Shown piece by piece: positions 1 to 12,195 of a stretch of DNA of 64,000 nucleotides (the first letter of the stretch is position 1; each line of letters opens with the position of its first letter). Location of the stretch: positions 111,884-175,883 of the forward strand of contig JBLWGC010000204.1 in assembly GCA_048772705.1 (NCBI GenBank). The letters are read 5' to 3'. A program made the position numbers and the translations under genes. Source of the DNA: Leidyana gryllorum EB-2025a. Lineage: Eukaryota > Protista > Apicomplexa. The notes beneath the pieces were generated by a model, which saw nothing but the letters and a program-made list of their open reading frames with translations, was not told where the DNA came from and did no database searches.

Positions 1-429
1 CACTACCTATAAGACCCACGTTAAGCCCAACCACCAGAGACTTCTGACCGAGCTCGAGAAGAAGAGCAAGCGCCATGTTGTCATCATCGCTCACCGCGCG
101 ATCATGAAGAAGAACACCAAGCGCCCTGGCCTCCGTATTCGTCCCCGGTCCCGAACTCTCACTTCCGTCCAAGATGCCATCCTGGTAAGCCGCCCCCCCT
201 TCCTTCCCTTTCTACTCCCGCTCTCCAGGAGGATGTGGTCGGCCCTACCGAAATTGTTGGACGGAGAATGCGCGTCAAGGTTGACGGCACTCAGATCCAC
301 AAGATCCTCCTTGACCCCCGGGATAAAACCAAGGACAACTTGGAGGAGAAGCTCCCCACTTTCGCTGCTGTCTACCAGACATTGACCAGCAAGCGGGCCG
401 TCTTCGACTTCCCCGAATACACCCTCTGA
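1..429 (+). CDS. RPS7: 40S ribosomal protein S7 (eS7), 3' part; intron 185-228
   Basis: Reads ...RLLTELEKK...RPRSRTLTSVQDAIL|EDVVGPTEIVGRRMRVKVDG...FAAVYQTLT, typical eS7. A 44-nt GT-AG intron restores the frame. Confidence 0.95.
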
Positions 430-823
430 GCTGCATGATTTGCTGAATTCTTTTGGTGGGTTGCGTGGAGCGAACTAAACAGCTGCGATGTGCTTGGCGG
501 AGATCCGCGAATCACAACAACACTAGTAGTGCACCCAAACCCGGACACTCTGCCGCCCCCAACACGCACACATCTGGGCCCCAGTCCAGTCAGTGAACGG
601 ACGAAAGAGCGATCTCGCGCACCTGCTGATCTATCTCTCGCCATCTTAGGTATCATGAGATGGTATCCTCAAAAAAAAGCGAGCCACCTGCACCCCCGGC
701 GCGCCCACAATTCGAGCGAGCCCGACTTAGATTAATACTAAGCGGCGCTGAAGCGTAATATTGTAGTCCAATGTTCTGTGCGAGTGTTGTGTTGGAAGAA
801 GCTAACGACTAACGAGGGGTCAG

Positions 824-2237
824 TCAGAAAGTTTTCCTGGCCATATTCGGGATTCCAAGCCCTATACAGCTCAATACTATCTGATTATGACGTTTGACTT
901 TCTCTATCTCCTCTCGGTCTTCTACGATGCCTTCTTCCGCTTCTTCTTCCTTATTGCTACCCTCACCTTCATCTATTGGCTGCTCTACATCTGCATCATG
1001 CTCCGCTAACCGCCGGGCAAACGACTCCACATTGAATTTGAACTCAAGAAAGTCGTATAGCAAACGCATCAGCTCGACACTGTGTGGGGTCAATCGCCCA
1101 ATCACCGCCTATAGGGAGAAATATGTGCATCACTATCAAACTGCTGCCACCCCTTACCCGACACGGCCCGTGATCCTCCGCCAGTGCCATGTATAGTATT
1201 GGAATCCATTGGAATTGTGAGTCGCACACTCCACCTTCCATTATTTCCGACAGCAGCCGGCAAACCGCGCTTTCGGCAACTTCGCAGGACGGCTCATCGC
1301 GCTCGTTCTGTCCACCGCTCACATTCGTTGTCAACGCCCCCTTCTTCTTCTTGCTGAGAAGCTCCTCTATCTTATGTTTCGCCAAAAAACGGCTTTGAAG
1401 CTTCTCGGCGGCACCACTTCCACCCTCCCCCGATTCGGCGAGGGTGTCCATGACTTCGTCAGCCGTGTAGCAGAAGCCTTTCATCGTCTCTGCATACAGA
1501 CTCACACCCATTCCCCGCGACTTCCCCGCTTTCTCCCCCGTACAAAGATCGCCTGCGATCTCCACGTGGTTCAGCATATCCGAGAGGATGCCCCGCGCCC
1601 GGTCAACGGCTCGCGTGGCGAACAATGGACTCAAGTGGCAAGTGAAAACAGTGCCCTTCACGCTCTTAACTCGACCAGCTCTAAGCAGCTGAAAAGGCTT
1701 AATGCGCTTCACAGGCCTACACCGGAACCGAACTCGTCCTCCACCTTCTGGCAAAAGCCCACGTCTGATAATGTCCAATTGGAAATCGGCTTCTTCAAGG
1801 CCACATTTCTGTGCCAATGTGAATGCCCCAACGCGAAAAGAATCAACCGTAATATCCTTGGGATGATCAGTTACTCCTCTCAGCACAATGTCCACACCGT
1901 TTTTGCAGAAAGGACCAATCATCATTAAGAACTCCAAACAGTACGTCAGACCGCGTTCCTTCGAGCAAAGCAGCGATTCGGTACCTTCCTCACACCCTTC
2001 CAGAAGCCCAGGGGTGAACTCGAGCTCCAGTAAAGTCTTCTCGTCCATCTTCATCTCAATACCGTCACTCAACTTTTCCACCAGCCGCATGATGTCTCCC
2101 TCATGGGCGTGCAGACCTGGCCGCTCCGAGTCGTCCACTCGAATGTCCGTTATATGGATTGGGATGCCTGTCAAACATGACAGGGCAACGCGATGCCGGA
2201 AACCGGCACTTCCTGTATACTTCCGCACCCGCTCCAT
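824..2237 (-). CDS. RCL1: RNA 3'-terminal phosphate cyclase-like protein (18S rRNA processing); one intron near 1110-1155
   Basis: FRHRVALSCLTG..IHITDIR, RRGLLPEGGGRVRF and C-terminal IVLSCIGLGIPNMARK are RCL1 signatures. Confidence 0.9.
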
Positions 2238-2250
2238 CAGAGCAAAAAAG

Positions 2251-2784
2251 TCAAAAATCCGTCTTCGGCCGTGGATTATACCCAGCCAGCACTGGTAGCT
2301 TGGACCTCAACTTGCTAATGAATAATTCACGTTGTGCAACTGTGCCCAATGCACGATTGTTCCCTTCCAGTGCACTTGAGATTTCCCGTAACTGTTTGTC
2401 ACGTCATTGCTGTAACCCACAGGATAACCTTACCGCATCGGAGGTCGCATGGAGTAATTCCAGTTCTCCTCGTAATGCTTCAGCTCCCTGTTGGAGATGT
2501 CTCTATCACATAGTTATTATCTAACTCACCCATTCCCCTTCATCCATAGCCTCGCTGATCAGATACTTCTCTACCAAGTCTTGGGTCAAATGCAGATGTC
2601 TAGTGATCGCAGGATGGAAGACTATAGTTGTTCGCAATTCGTGGCCTACTCGCTCTCCGGTTCTGAATTTTGATCGGACTAGCTATACTCCAATACCCTC
2701 ACTCTCACCTATCAACTGTAATCGGATCTTAGAGACCACCGCGGCACTGGTGAGTCCTATCAGAAGACTCAACGCGGCTCGCAT
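2251..2784 (-). CDS. Small multi-exon hypothetical protein; exon structure uncertain
   Basis: ATG followed by a hydrophobic stretch (MRAALSLLIGLTSAAVV), several GTGAG/GTAAG donors and protein-like open segments. I could not fix a unique splice path. Confidence 0.3.
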
Positions 2785-2810
2785 GTCTCGGGGCGCCACA
2801 CGTGTGTGCC

Positions 2811-5800
2811 TCAATGACGGGTCTTCTTAGTCAACGCTTTGTCGGATTTCGTGGCATTTGTACGACCAATCGGTGGCCAGTACTTCGTACGGCTCGCCAA
2901 AGGGAACAGAGCGTCTTGGACTGAGTATGGCTTCTTCTGCCAATCAGTCTGGATGAAGTCTTCCACTGTGTGCGGTGCATTTCGCACAGGATTATTGTCC
3001 GCCGGCTGCCGGATAGGGCTGATTTGAACTCACGCCTCTCCTACTCACCCATTGTCCTGACGCGATCCGAGCAGATTCCTCGGCAATCTTGATTATCGCA
3101 TCGGCGAAGGCGTCAAGCGATTCCCTAGAATGCTTCGGCTGCACACGGCACGAATCGCACCAAACTTACTTGTTCTCGCACTCCGTCGGCTCTATCATCA
3201 AAGCTTTGCGAATGGGCCAGGACATGGTGGGCGCATGGTATCCATAGTCCATCAGGCGTTTCGCAATGTCCTCTTCGGTCACATCGGCCTGTGTGAGAGC
3301 TTTGAGATCTAAAATAAACTCGTGGCCGCAATAATCTTCCTTTCCGTGGCAGACGCTTAAGCCAGCAGTGGTTAGGCGGTGTTTGAGATAGTTGGCGTTC
3401 AAAATGGCTGCGCACAAACGTCAGGACTTGCGATTGTGATAGACTCACCAACTTGACTTGATCTTTGAAGCCCCTTCTTCCCCATCATGAGGAGGTATAC
3501 CCAAGGTATCGCGAGTAGACTGGCGCTACCCAATGGCGAGTGCGTGAAACTGACAATCTCATCTCCCGAGATGTTGCCGGTTTCCAGCCCCATTTGTTGT
3601 AGCAGTCGAGGATTTGATTGGAAGTGACGGTGGGAAGGTAGGAACTCGCGAAGTTTGGCGGTGACACACACTGGGCCGACGCCCGGCCCTCCTCCGCCAT
3701 GCGGGATGCCAAATGTCTTGTGGAGATTGAGATGGCAAGCATCAGCACCGATTTTGCGCGGGTTTGTCAGCCCCATTTGAGCATTCATGTTGGCGCCATC
3801 CACATAGACTAGGGCGCCGATTTGATGAACAAGGCGGGTAGCTCTGAGATGAATTACAGGAATGAGAGCAGTTGCGCTGGTTGTTGACTCACTCTATGAC
3901 TTCTTGCTCGAAGATCCCGTGCGTGGACGGATAAGTTACCATGAAGCATCCAACATCCGATCCGTGCTGGTCCAGGGCCTTGCGCAAATGGTCTAGATCT
4001 ATGTGACCATTCGGTTTGAGATTGATCTGCACCACCTCAAAGCCGGAGAGGGTCGCTGAAGCGTTGTTTGTGCCATGTGCAGAAGCTGGGATCAGACAGA
4101 TTTTCCGGTTGGCTTGTCCTGTGGCTTTGTGATACTCTCTGATTGCATACAAGCCGGCCACCTCGCCTGCGCTTCCAGCGTTGGGCTGCAGCGAGCAGTA
4201 GTCCAGGCCGGTTATTTGACAGAGGAAGGTCGCAAGCATGGATGCGATGAGCACTGTGCCCTTAGTCTGCCACACAGGCGCGAGAGGGTGGGTATTCTGG
4301 AGTGTTGTATTGGTGAAGGCTGCAGTGATGCCGGCCGATGGATTATGTTTCATTGTGCAGGAGCCCAAAGGGATCATGGAGTTTTGGAGGCCTATATCTT
4401 TGTTGCCGAGTTCGTTGACCCAGCGCAACATATCGGTATCGGATCTCCCGGTCTTCCAGCCGTCTTTCTCGAGGAAAGGGCTCGAGCGCACTACTGGAGG
4501 CGATCGGGGCAGCGGTACCGTGGCACAGCTGAAGAGGCTGAGTTCACGGGCCGCCTTATAGAGGGCATGCAGGACTTGTTTGTAGACATCTTCGTCGCAG
4601 AGTAGCTCGTCGACGTGGATGCGGCAGACTCCGCGGTGAATATCATAGGCGAAGTTCAGCTTGCTATCTTCAGCCCATTTCCGAATGACTCCGAGATCAC
4701 GTCGTCGAATTCCCACGACACCAAAATGGCGTCCATAACGGAGCCAGCTGTTCTCTCCTTCGACACTGAAGCCGAGCTCGCGTGCGGCTTCAGCCAGCTC
4801 CGAGGTTCTAGAGTACACTTTCCTCGCTAATTCTTTGATTGCGTCAGAGCCTTTGTATGCCACCCAAAACTGAGCCATTACAGCTGGCAGTGATTGCGCA
4901 GTACAGATATTAGAAGTCGCATTCTCTCGTCGGATATGTTGTTCCCGAGTTTGTAAGGCGAGACGGTATCCCTTGCGCCCATTGGCGTCTTCAGCTACGG
5001 CCACGAGCCTACCGGGCAGCTGCGTAGAGCGTGAGAGAGTTGCTTGCTATAAGGAAGTGTACCTGACGGACTAGCTCATTGGTTACAGCAAAGTAGGCAG
5101 CTGCGGGGCCTCCCGTTCCCATGGGAACACCAAATCTGCGGGGTGGGTGAATGTGTGAGAACGAGAGAATGCTGATCACCTTTGGCTGGAGCCGAGCACT
5201 ATGTCAGCTCCCTGGCGGCCTGGGGGCTCGAAGAGGACCAAGGCGAGGGGATCGGTGATTGCAATTACTTTGGCTTTGAAGTCATGGCATTGACTAGCTA
5301 AGCGGCTGACATTTGAGACGATTCTGCCAGCAACGTCTGGTGTTTGGTATAGCACCGCCACTACGTTGTCCATTCCAGGCAGTCCATCCAAGAGGTCAAA
5401 TTCGCGTACAGAGATATTGAGAAACTTGAGACGAGTTCGCAGTACATCAGTGATCATCGGGCATACACCTCGATCGACCAGGACGGATATTTTCCCATCT
5501 TCCAGATCGGATGTGCGTTTGGCCAAAAGAACTGCCTCAACGGCAGCTGACGCGACATCCAGTAGCCCGGCGTTTGCCACCGGAAGGCCTGTGAGTTCGG
5601 CAAAGATATTCTGAAAGTTGTACAACGCCTCGAGACGCCCTTGACTAATTTCAGCTTGGTAGGGGGTATACGCAGAGTACCAAGCCGGGTTAAGGAGAAC
5701 ATTGTTGACCAGCACTGCAGGAGTGTGTGTGTTGTAGGAGTGGGCTCCGAGGAAAGACCGCCAATTCCTCTCATTGAGACTGAGAACTTCTCCCAGAAGT

Positions 5801-6213
5801 TCCTGGCCTCTGCGTTCGCTCAGACCTTCCTCTGGCAGTCCTCGGCCCAGATCGTCTTCGGCTGGTACGATCGCACTACGGGCGTAGGGGATCACCTTGT
5901 CGGCCAGCTCATCCAAAGAAGTCATGCCCACGGCTTTCAACATTTCGGCTATCTCGCTGTCGCTGGGCCCCAGCATCCGGCTTACATACGACCCGTCACC
6001 GGCCGGAAGTCTGTCCCCCAATCGTCCATGATCTATACACACTGACCGATCGAGGAGAGTGCGCGCTTCCGGGACGTCGGTGGCCGGAGGCTGTGAGGTG
6101 GGTCTGTAGATGGCTTCAACGTCATTTGCGATTCCTAAACCCGTCGTCAGCAGTCGTCGATGGAGTCGCCAGGACAGCGACAGCTTGGAATGGGATCCTT
6201 GAACTGGCAACAT
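2811..6213 (-). CDS. GLDC: Glycine dehydrogenase (decarboxylating), glycine cleavage P-protein; multi-exon
   Basis: Contains YTPYQAEISQGRLE, QR|FGVPMG.GGP, LQTREQHIRRE.ATSNICTAQ, MIPLGSCTMK and the PLP-lysine motif HLNLHKTF..PHGGGGPG. The Arg/Ser/Leu-rich N-terminus resembles a mitochondrial presequence. Confidence 0.96.
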
Positions 6214-6252
6214 CGGCAGTCCCACGTGCGGAAATACTACCACTTTTTTGTG

Positions 6253-7004
6253 ATGCCTAGGGTCGGTGTTCTGGGTGGTAGTTTCAATCCCGTGACTTAC
6301 GGTCACCTTCTGCAGGCCTCAGAGCTGCTCAGCTTTGCGGTAACTTCTGATCCAGAAGTACCCTTTTTCGACTGTATATACCTGCTACCGTGTGGAGATG
6401 ATAGGTACTTTTCGAACACCAGTTGCGATCGGAACTATCTATCAGATATGACAAGAGTGTTACCATTCCGGCTGCTGAGCGATTGAAGATGCTCGAAGCG
6501 GCAGTCGATTGGTACAAATCGCAATATGGACAGCATTTGCAGCTGCAAGTGTGCGACTTGGAGATCCAAAATGGCAGCTATCTGCCGACAGCCGAGGTCC
6601 ATCGACAACTGACGACTCTGCAGCCCGACACAGAGTTTCATTTCGTCATCGGGGACGATCTGCTGTCTCGTTTTTCAACGTGGTAAAGGTGGAAACTTTG
6701 GCCCACACATCACATTCTCTCTCACAGGAAACAACCACAATACCTCTTGGACAGTGTGCCCTTTGTTGTCTTGGAACGAGATGGAGCCCCGAGGAGCACC
6801 TCCGGGGATACTCCGCTCCTCAGGAAACTGCTCCATGTTGCTGATGTTGCCGTTCGCCCCGTGACAGCAATGTCGACCAGCTCTACTGACATTCGTCACC
6901 GGGCGGCTACCTTTTGGAGCAAATCCAACGAGCCCAAGTTGACCGATCTCCAGGTATGCGAGAGGGCGATTCGAGCAACACACTTCCTTAATTTCAGACG
7001 CTGA
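6253..7004 (+). CDS. Nicotinate/nicotinamide mononucleotide adenylyltransferase (NadD/NMNAT family); short introns
   Basis: VGVLGGSFNPVTYGH (T/HxGH motif), ERLKML, FVIGDD and SSTDIR motifs. Confidence 0.88.
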
Positions 7005-7102
7005 TGGCCGGAGTCCTCGTCCCTCCTGTCACCCTTGCCATCTGGAACAATAAGTATTACAAGGCCTCGTAGTGTAACATCCATAAAATGTATGTGGCAC
7101 CT

Positions 7103-8208
7103 TCATCGGTTGTGACGCCCTCGCCCGGGAAGATCAGAGCCTCTGGTCCTCGGGCGCGTATCTCGAAGTGAATTTGACACCTCCGATGTCTTAGTTTCAT
7201 CCTGAGAGTCTCGCGGTCGGCAGTACCACGGCACGTTGTGCGCTTCTTTCGAGAAACTGCTCTCAGCCCCCTTCTCGTGCAGCAACGCCGACAGCTGCTC
7301 TGCGTGGACCTTCCGTCGTTCTTGATCAGCTCTCTCCTCGGCTTCGAAAAGATGTATATGGCGCTTCACTCTCCTCTCCCCACTCCAGCTATCCCTTCTG
7401 CTCAAGACGACACGAGACGGCTGGTGACGTTCTTCTCTCTCCTCGTCACGCTGATCGCCAAATCGCTCGTCAACAAGTCCCCTCCGTTCCTTCTCAGGGG
7501 AGGCATCAACTCTATGGCCCCAATCCCGCCGTCTCTCTGCCGAAGGCTGGGAGTTCCCCTTCTCGAGTGAATCTCGGCGTCTCTCATCGCGCGTCTCTCT
7601 CCGTCTCTCATCGCGAGTCTCTCTGCGTCTCTCATCGCGAGTCTCTCTGCGTTTCTCATCGCGAGTCTCTCTGCGTTTCTCATCGCGCGTCTCTCTCCGT
7701 CTCTCATCGCGAGTCTCTGACCACCTCTTCTCGCATGGATCTCGGCGTCTTTCATCACGAGTGTCCCGACGTTTCTCGTAGATTTCTCTGACTGACGGAG
7801 GTGTCCGGGGACGGCAATGCGGAGGCATCAAGTCCTCCGCTGGACGCACTGGAGACGGTGGCTCAGGGGAGGTGGGTCTCTGTTCGACTCTCTCGTGCGC
7901 CAGAATAGTTGGAGAGAGGGGTTTGTGGCGTTTCTCGCCATTTTCAGCGTCAGGATGGGAGGAGGGTGGCTCGGTGCGTCTTCGTTTGCGGAGAGCTCCT
8001 AGGCTCTGGTTGAGGCGAGCTTCATTGATTTGCTTTTCCTCTTCACGCCTTTGAGCTTCGGCTTTTGCTTTATCCTTGTCAACTTTGAGTCTGAATTGCA
8101 CCACGGGTTGTATGGTGTGGGGTTGGGTTTTGTTGGTTACCGATTGTCGAGATTGTATACATTCCAAGACTTCTGGAATAGGATATTAAGTCCTCCGTGG
8201 CCTCCCAT
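7103..8208 (-). CDS. CIR_N-domain (LENG1/CWC25-like) Arg/Glu-rich protein; one intron near 8095-8140
   Basis: The spliced N-terminus MGGHGGLNILFQKSWNVYNLDNR|LKVDKDKAKAE matches CIR_N; an HIHLFE motif follows later. Confidence 0.75.
7573..7717 (-). repeat. 24-nt coding tandem repeat, about 6 units (ETRDE[R/K]RR)
   Basis: Directly visible repeats of ctctcatcgcgagtctctctgcgt on the + strand. Confidence 0.9.
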
Positions 8209-8236
8209 TTGACTTTTTTGGGTAACGTATATCTAT

Positions 8237-9661
8237 ATGACAGGTTGTGAAAGTCCCCCGTACCAGTCGACGAGTACTCGGCTAAGTCTGAATCGTCTAT
8301 TGGCGAAAACCAAAAGCTGGGCTAGAAGACGAGATCGTTGTGAGGATGGTAAGCGGCCTCGACGGACCAGTCGATTTGACGCGTTTTGGCGATTGGGCCA
8401 GCACAGTATGTTGCTTGCACCTTGGATGTGTATTGTGGATGTGATGTCTTGTTAGGCGCCGATACAGCGGACGAGGACACCAGTAGTGGGTCACCTGGGA
8501 TCCAGCGGGCGGGATCTGCTGGTTTGAGTCCGTCCTGGGTGGGTGATCCACCCGAGTGTGAGGCCGAGATTGGGGCAAAACACGCTGTTTCAATGACTTG
8601 GGCATCAACCCATGACTCCTCGTCATCTGTGGGGAACTCGCCGTCATCTGTTCACGTGAATACAGTGCGGGATGCACAGATTTTGGACAATATGTTTAAG
8701 CTATTGGATGACAGTAACCCAGCTGTGCGCGAGAAGGCACTTAGTACGGTGTTCCATCTCGCCCAGTCGTCTCCGGCTGCTAGAGATAGTATTCTGGCTG
8801 CCGGTGGACTGCAGCCCATTCTGAACGAAATCCAACGAGAGGGTCCGGCTGACGCTCAGACCGCCCGGGCGCTGTTCCATTTATGCATCGGGGATCCGTT
8901 ACCACCTTTTAATCTGGTTGTACAGGCGTTGCCCAGCTTCCAACGTCTTCTGGTCAGCAGTGATGACGAAGAGGTCTTGGTGATCATCTGTTATGCTGTG
9001 GCTGAACTCACAACGCACAAAGATCCGCACGCATCAAACTATATCAATAAGATTATCCCCCCTCCGCTGCACACCCGTCTGATTTCATTGTTAGCTCACG
9101 AGTCAATTGATGTTCGATTCCGCACTCTCGTTTTGCTGCGGGCAATGGCCTCTGCAGATCGGATTCACGGAAGCAAAGGTGAGTGGAGACGGCTGTCGTC
9201 GTTCTGAGACTTGGGGGCTGACAGAGTCAGGCAGCTATTGCGCCGATTGGTTTCCGCATGACATCACCAACTATTTGCGTCGTGCTTTGAGAGCACCAGA
9301 GTTACAAGACGAAGTTTTAGAGGTCACTCAGGCCTTAATGGTTAATCATTTCGATAGATTACTACGATCTGAAGATTTAATGCGAAAGTACTTTGCTGTC
9401 GTTAGCTCCAGAATGGGATTTGAGGCTCGCGCGCTCTCGAGTCTGTGTTCGGTTATGCGTCACGCGACTCCGGATCAGGTGTGAGACTTTCGCCATACAC
9501 TTTTATGCTTTCTTCAGGTTCGGTTTCTGCGGGACGTTGGATGTGCGGATGTGGTGAAACAAGGAGTGGAGGACACGGTGACTATGGAACAGTGTCACAA
9601 GGAATTGGATAAATTGTACATTCAGCTAAAATCTACAGGTCGCAAGAATAGAGGAGGGTGA
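8237..9661 (+). CDS. Divergent importin-alpha-like ARM-repeat protein; introns ~8349-8455, ~9180-9230, ~9480-9517
   Basis: LLDDSNPAVREKAL..., SPAARDSILAAGGLQPIL and LPSFQRLLVSSDDEEVL..IC.A align by eye to importin-alpha ARM repeats. Confidence 0.7.
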
Positions 9662-9760
9662 ACTTCAACTCTCCTCCCATTCATGTTGGTGGAGAAGAGT
9701 TGGCGGATGCTGTTGTTCCACACCCGTCTCCCCTGCTGGCTCGCCTCCCATCTGATGTTG

Positions 9761-10177
9761 CTAGTCCCTTGCCGATGAAGGAGAAGAACTGTTATTGGAA
9801 GAAGTTTCACTCCCGAGCTCCGAAGACGCCTGTTCTAATCCCTCCTCGCTGCCCATCGGGCTGCTATACGTTTCCTGAAACATGGAGGTGTCGCCTAAAT
9901 ATTCCTCGATATCGCGCTCAGTTATCTCCATATCTTGTTGCTGCTGCTGCTGCAAGTGGGGCAGAGAGTACATGATGGGGAATTGACGGGCAGCGTCATG
10001 AGCGGCCAAGATATCCGCCGCCATGGAGTGAATGATCGGTCGGTCAGACGGGCGAAAGCATCGACAGTTCAATGCATTGCGGCTCTGATCAACCTCAGGG
10101 AGGAGACGAACCACCTCGCCTCCTGTCAAATGCTCCTTGAAAATCTGCACGTCTTCATAGCTCAGCCAACTACTCAT
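9761..10177 (-). CDS. Hypothetical protein with poly-Q and Ser-rich tail
   Basis: Open frame with protein-like composition; no family recognised. Confidence 0.4.
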   Translation of the reverse strand: MSSWLSYEDVQIFKEHLTGGEVVRLLPEVDQSRNALNCRCFRPSDRPIIHSMAADILAAHDAARQFPIMYSLPHLQQQQQQDMEITERDIEEYLGDTSMFQETYSSPMGSEEGLEQASSELGSETSSNNSSSPSSARD

Positions 10178-10212
10178 CCCCACCAGTAGCAGCAATTTTT
10201 TATTTTCTCAGA

Positions 10213-10722
10213 ATGCTACTGCCTCGAATCGAGACCTCGAGACCGTCCCGGCCGTCTTGGCATCTCGCCGTCGCCGTCGTCGGTGCCTTCTTCCAGCCCT
10301 CTTCCCACCGAGCCGAAGTATACTATGCGCCTGACGGCCAACCCGTCGTAGTGCTTACGAGGCGCTCTCAAAGTCTCTGGGGCCGTCTCACAGGCAAAGT
10401 CAAGGAGAAAGTGCAAGTTATGGGGCCCCGCCCCACCATACAGGTCCTGAACCCCGGAGAAGATAACCCTCCCGGTCCAGACGGCGCCATCACGGTATAC
10501 AATATGGAAGCTGCACTTCGCCAAAAACCAGTCTGCACACACAAGAAGCAACAAGGAGCGCACTCTCACTCCCCCAAAGTACACCACGTACACCATTGCC
10601 TACAGCAACAGGAGCAGCAGCAACAACAGCAACAACACGAAACGCTAACGCCTCATTGCCAACATCACGTTCACTCGTATCGCGACGAGTGTCTCACAGG
10701 CCAATGCCGCGTTCGTAAATAG
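10213..10722 (+). CDS. Hypothetical protein with His/Gln/Cys-rich C-terminus
   Basis: 169-aa ORF after a T-rich leader; no family recognised. Confidence 0.5.
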   Translation: MLLPRIETSRPSRPSWHLAVAVVGAFFQPSSHRAEVYYAPDGQPVVVLTRRSQSLWGRLTGKVKEKVQVMGPRPTIQVLNPGEDNPPGPDGAITVYNMEAALRQKPVCTHKKQQGAHSHSPKVHHVHHCLQQQEQQQQQQQHETLTPHCQHHVHSYRDECLTGQCRVRK

Positions 10723-10892
10723 CCAATAGTCGCGCCCGATTGTGCGTATCAAACACCGATCTTCCGATAACAAACCTCTGATATATAAATCTATGTGTTC
10801 CCACAGTGTCAAACCCCATCCGTTCTGTCCAGAGAAAAAAAAAGGTACTGACGCTCAACTGATTTTCGGAGTTCAGTTCCGGAGTCCTCACC

Positions 10893-11055
10893 ATGGCTCA
10901 TGGATCTTCGCGCTACAAGAAGGCGCGCTCTAAGATGCGCTGGAAGGTGAGTCTTTGCTTCATTGAACACACTTTAACCCCCTCTGCAGTGGAAGAAGAA
11001 GCGCACTCGCCGTCTTCAACGCAAACGCAGAAAGATGCGCGCTAGGTCCCGATGA
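10893..11055 (+). CDS. RPL41: 60S ribosomal protein L41 (eL41), copy 1; intron 10947-10989; 39 aa
   Basis: Spliced product MAHGSSRYKKARSKMRWK|WKKKRTRRLQRKRRKMRARSR. Too short for the ORF track. Confidence 0.96.
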
Positions 11056-11880
11056 GCGACCGGAGAGGGGTCACTGAATTGACCCCAACGAAGAGAAGGC
11101 AATGCTTAACAGTGTGTGTCGACTCTTCTTGATGTCTATTAACGCTTTCTAACTGACTGATATTAACCTGACATCTATTATTCCCTATCACGCAACTCTT
11201 TCTCAATCGGACGAGGGGAGGTGGAACTTAGCGAGCGAGCGGGCAATCGTTACTAACAGTACTCGTAGAGGAGCACCAGAACAGCGACAGCTACAACAAT
11301 AACAACACCAACAGCAGCCTGCAGACTCGGCAGACTCCTGGGCGGCCGTTGCACCGGCGGCGTCGACTTGACTACGCAGCGGACGGAGAGACTAAGACTG
11401 AGGCTGAGACTGAAAGACAATGACTCGCTCGCTCGCTCGCTCTCTGACCGACTGTGGTGAAGGGGATGTGAACATCATCATTAGACTGAGCGATTAGTCT
11501 CGCTTTGTAGGGAGTCTCCAGGTTCGCCAGATTGACTGTGCAAGCTCACTGAGATAGAGACGGCACAAGTGGCGATGGGGAGATACATTGTAGATGATAT
11601 TTGATAGTTAGAGTTCACTGGTGCAGTCGCACAGAAGTCTTCAATAGTCTCTCAGCAACAGTTTGTCACTGTTGGTGACCGATTGTGAGGTGAATTTGTC
11701 AGCAAAATGCCCAGGGAAGGCACACGCACACGTGTCCAGAGTCACAGGATAGGGCGTGAGAAGGCGTGGTACACAGTGGAGTGAGAGTGGCAGAAGCACA
11801 CATTCGGTGAGCCATGACTGAGACGAAACGAGCGGAGGGTATATCCGGGAGATTTCGCTTTTTTCTGACACCGACTCAAG

Positions 11881-12061
11881 ATGGCTCACGGGTCGTCCCG
11901 GTACAAGAAAGCGCGCTCCAAGATGCGCTGGAAGGTGAGTGGGCGATTGTTTGATTGGTTCTGGCTGATAACTGCTTTTGTCTTTGATCTCTCAGTGGAA
12001 GAAGAAGCGCACTCGCCGTCTTCAACGTAAGCGCAGAAAGATGCGCGCCAGGTCCCGTTGA
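11881..12061 (+). CDS. RPL41: 60S ribosomal protein L41 (eL41), copy 2; intron 11935-11995
   Basis: Same 39-aa product and intron position as copy 1. Confidence 0.96.
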
Positions 12062-12195
12062 GGGATAGGCTGTTTGCACTAGTCTGTAACAATTGAGCTA
12101 GTGTGCCTTTGACGCCTTTATTGTGATACTGCATCATCACCATTAACCAAACCCCATACCGCTAGTGTCACAAAAAGACTTCCATTTCTGTTGAT

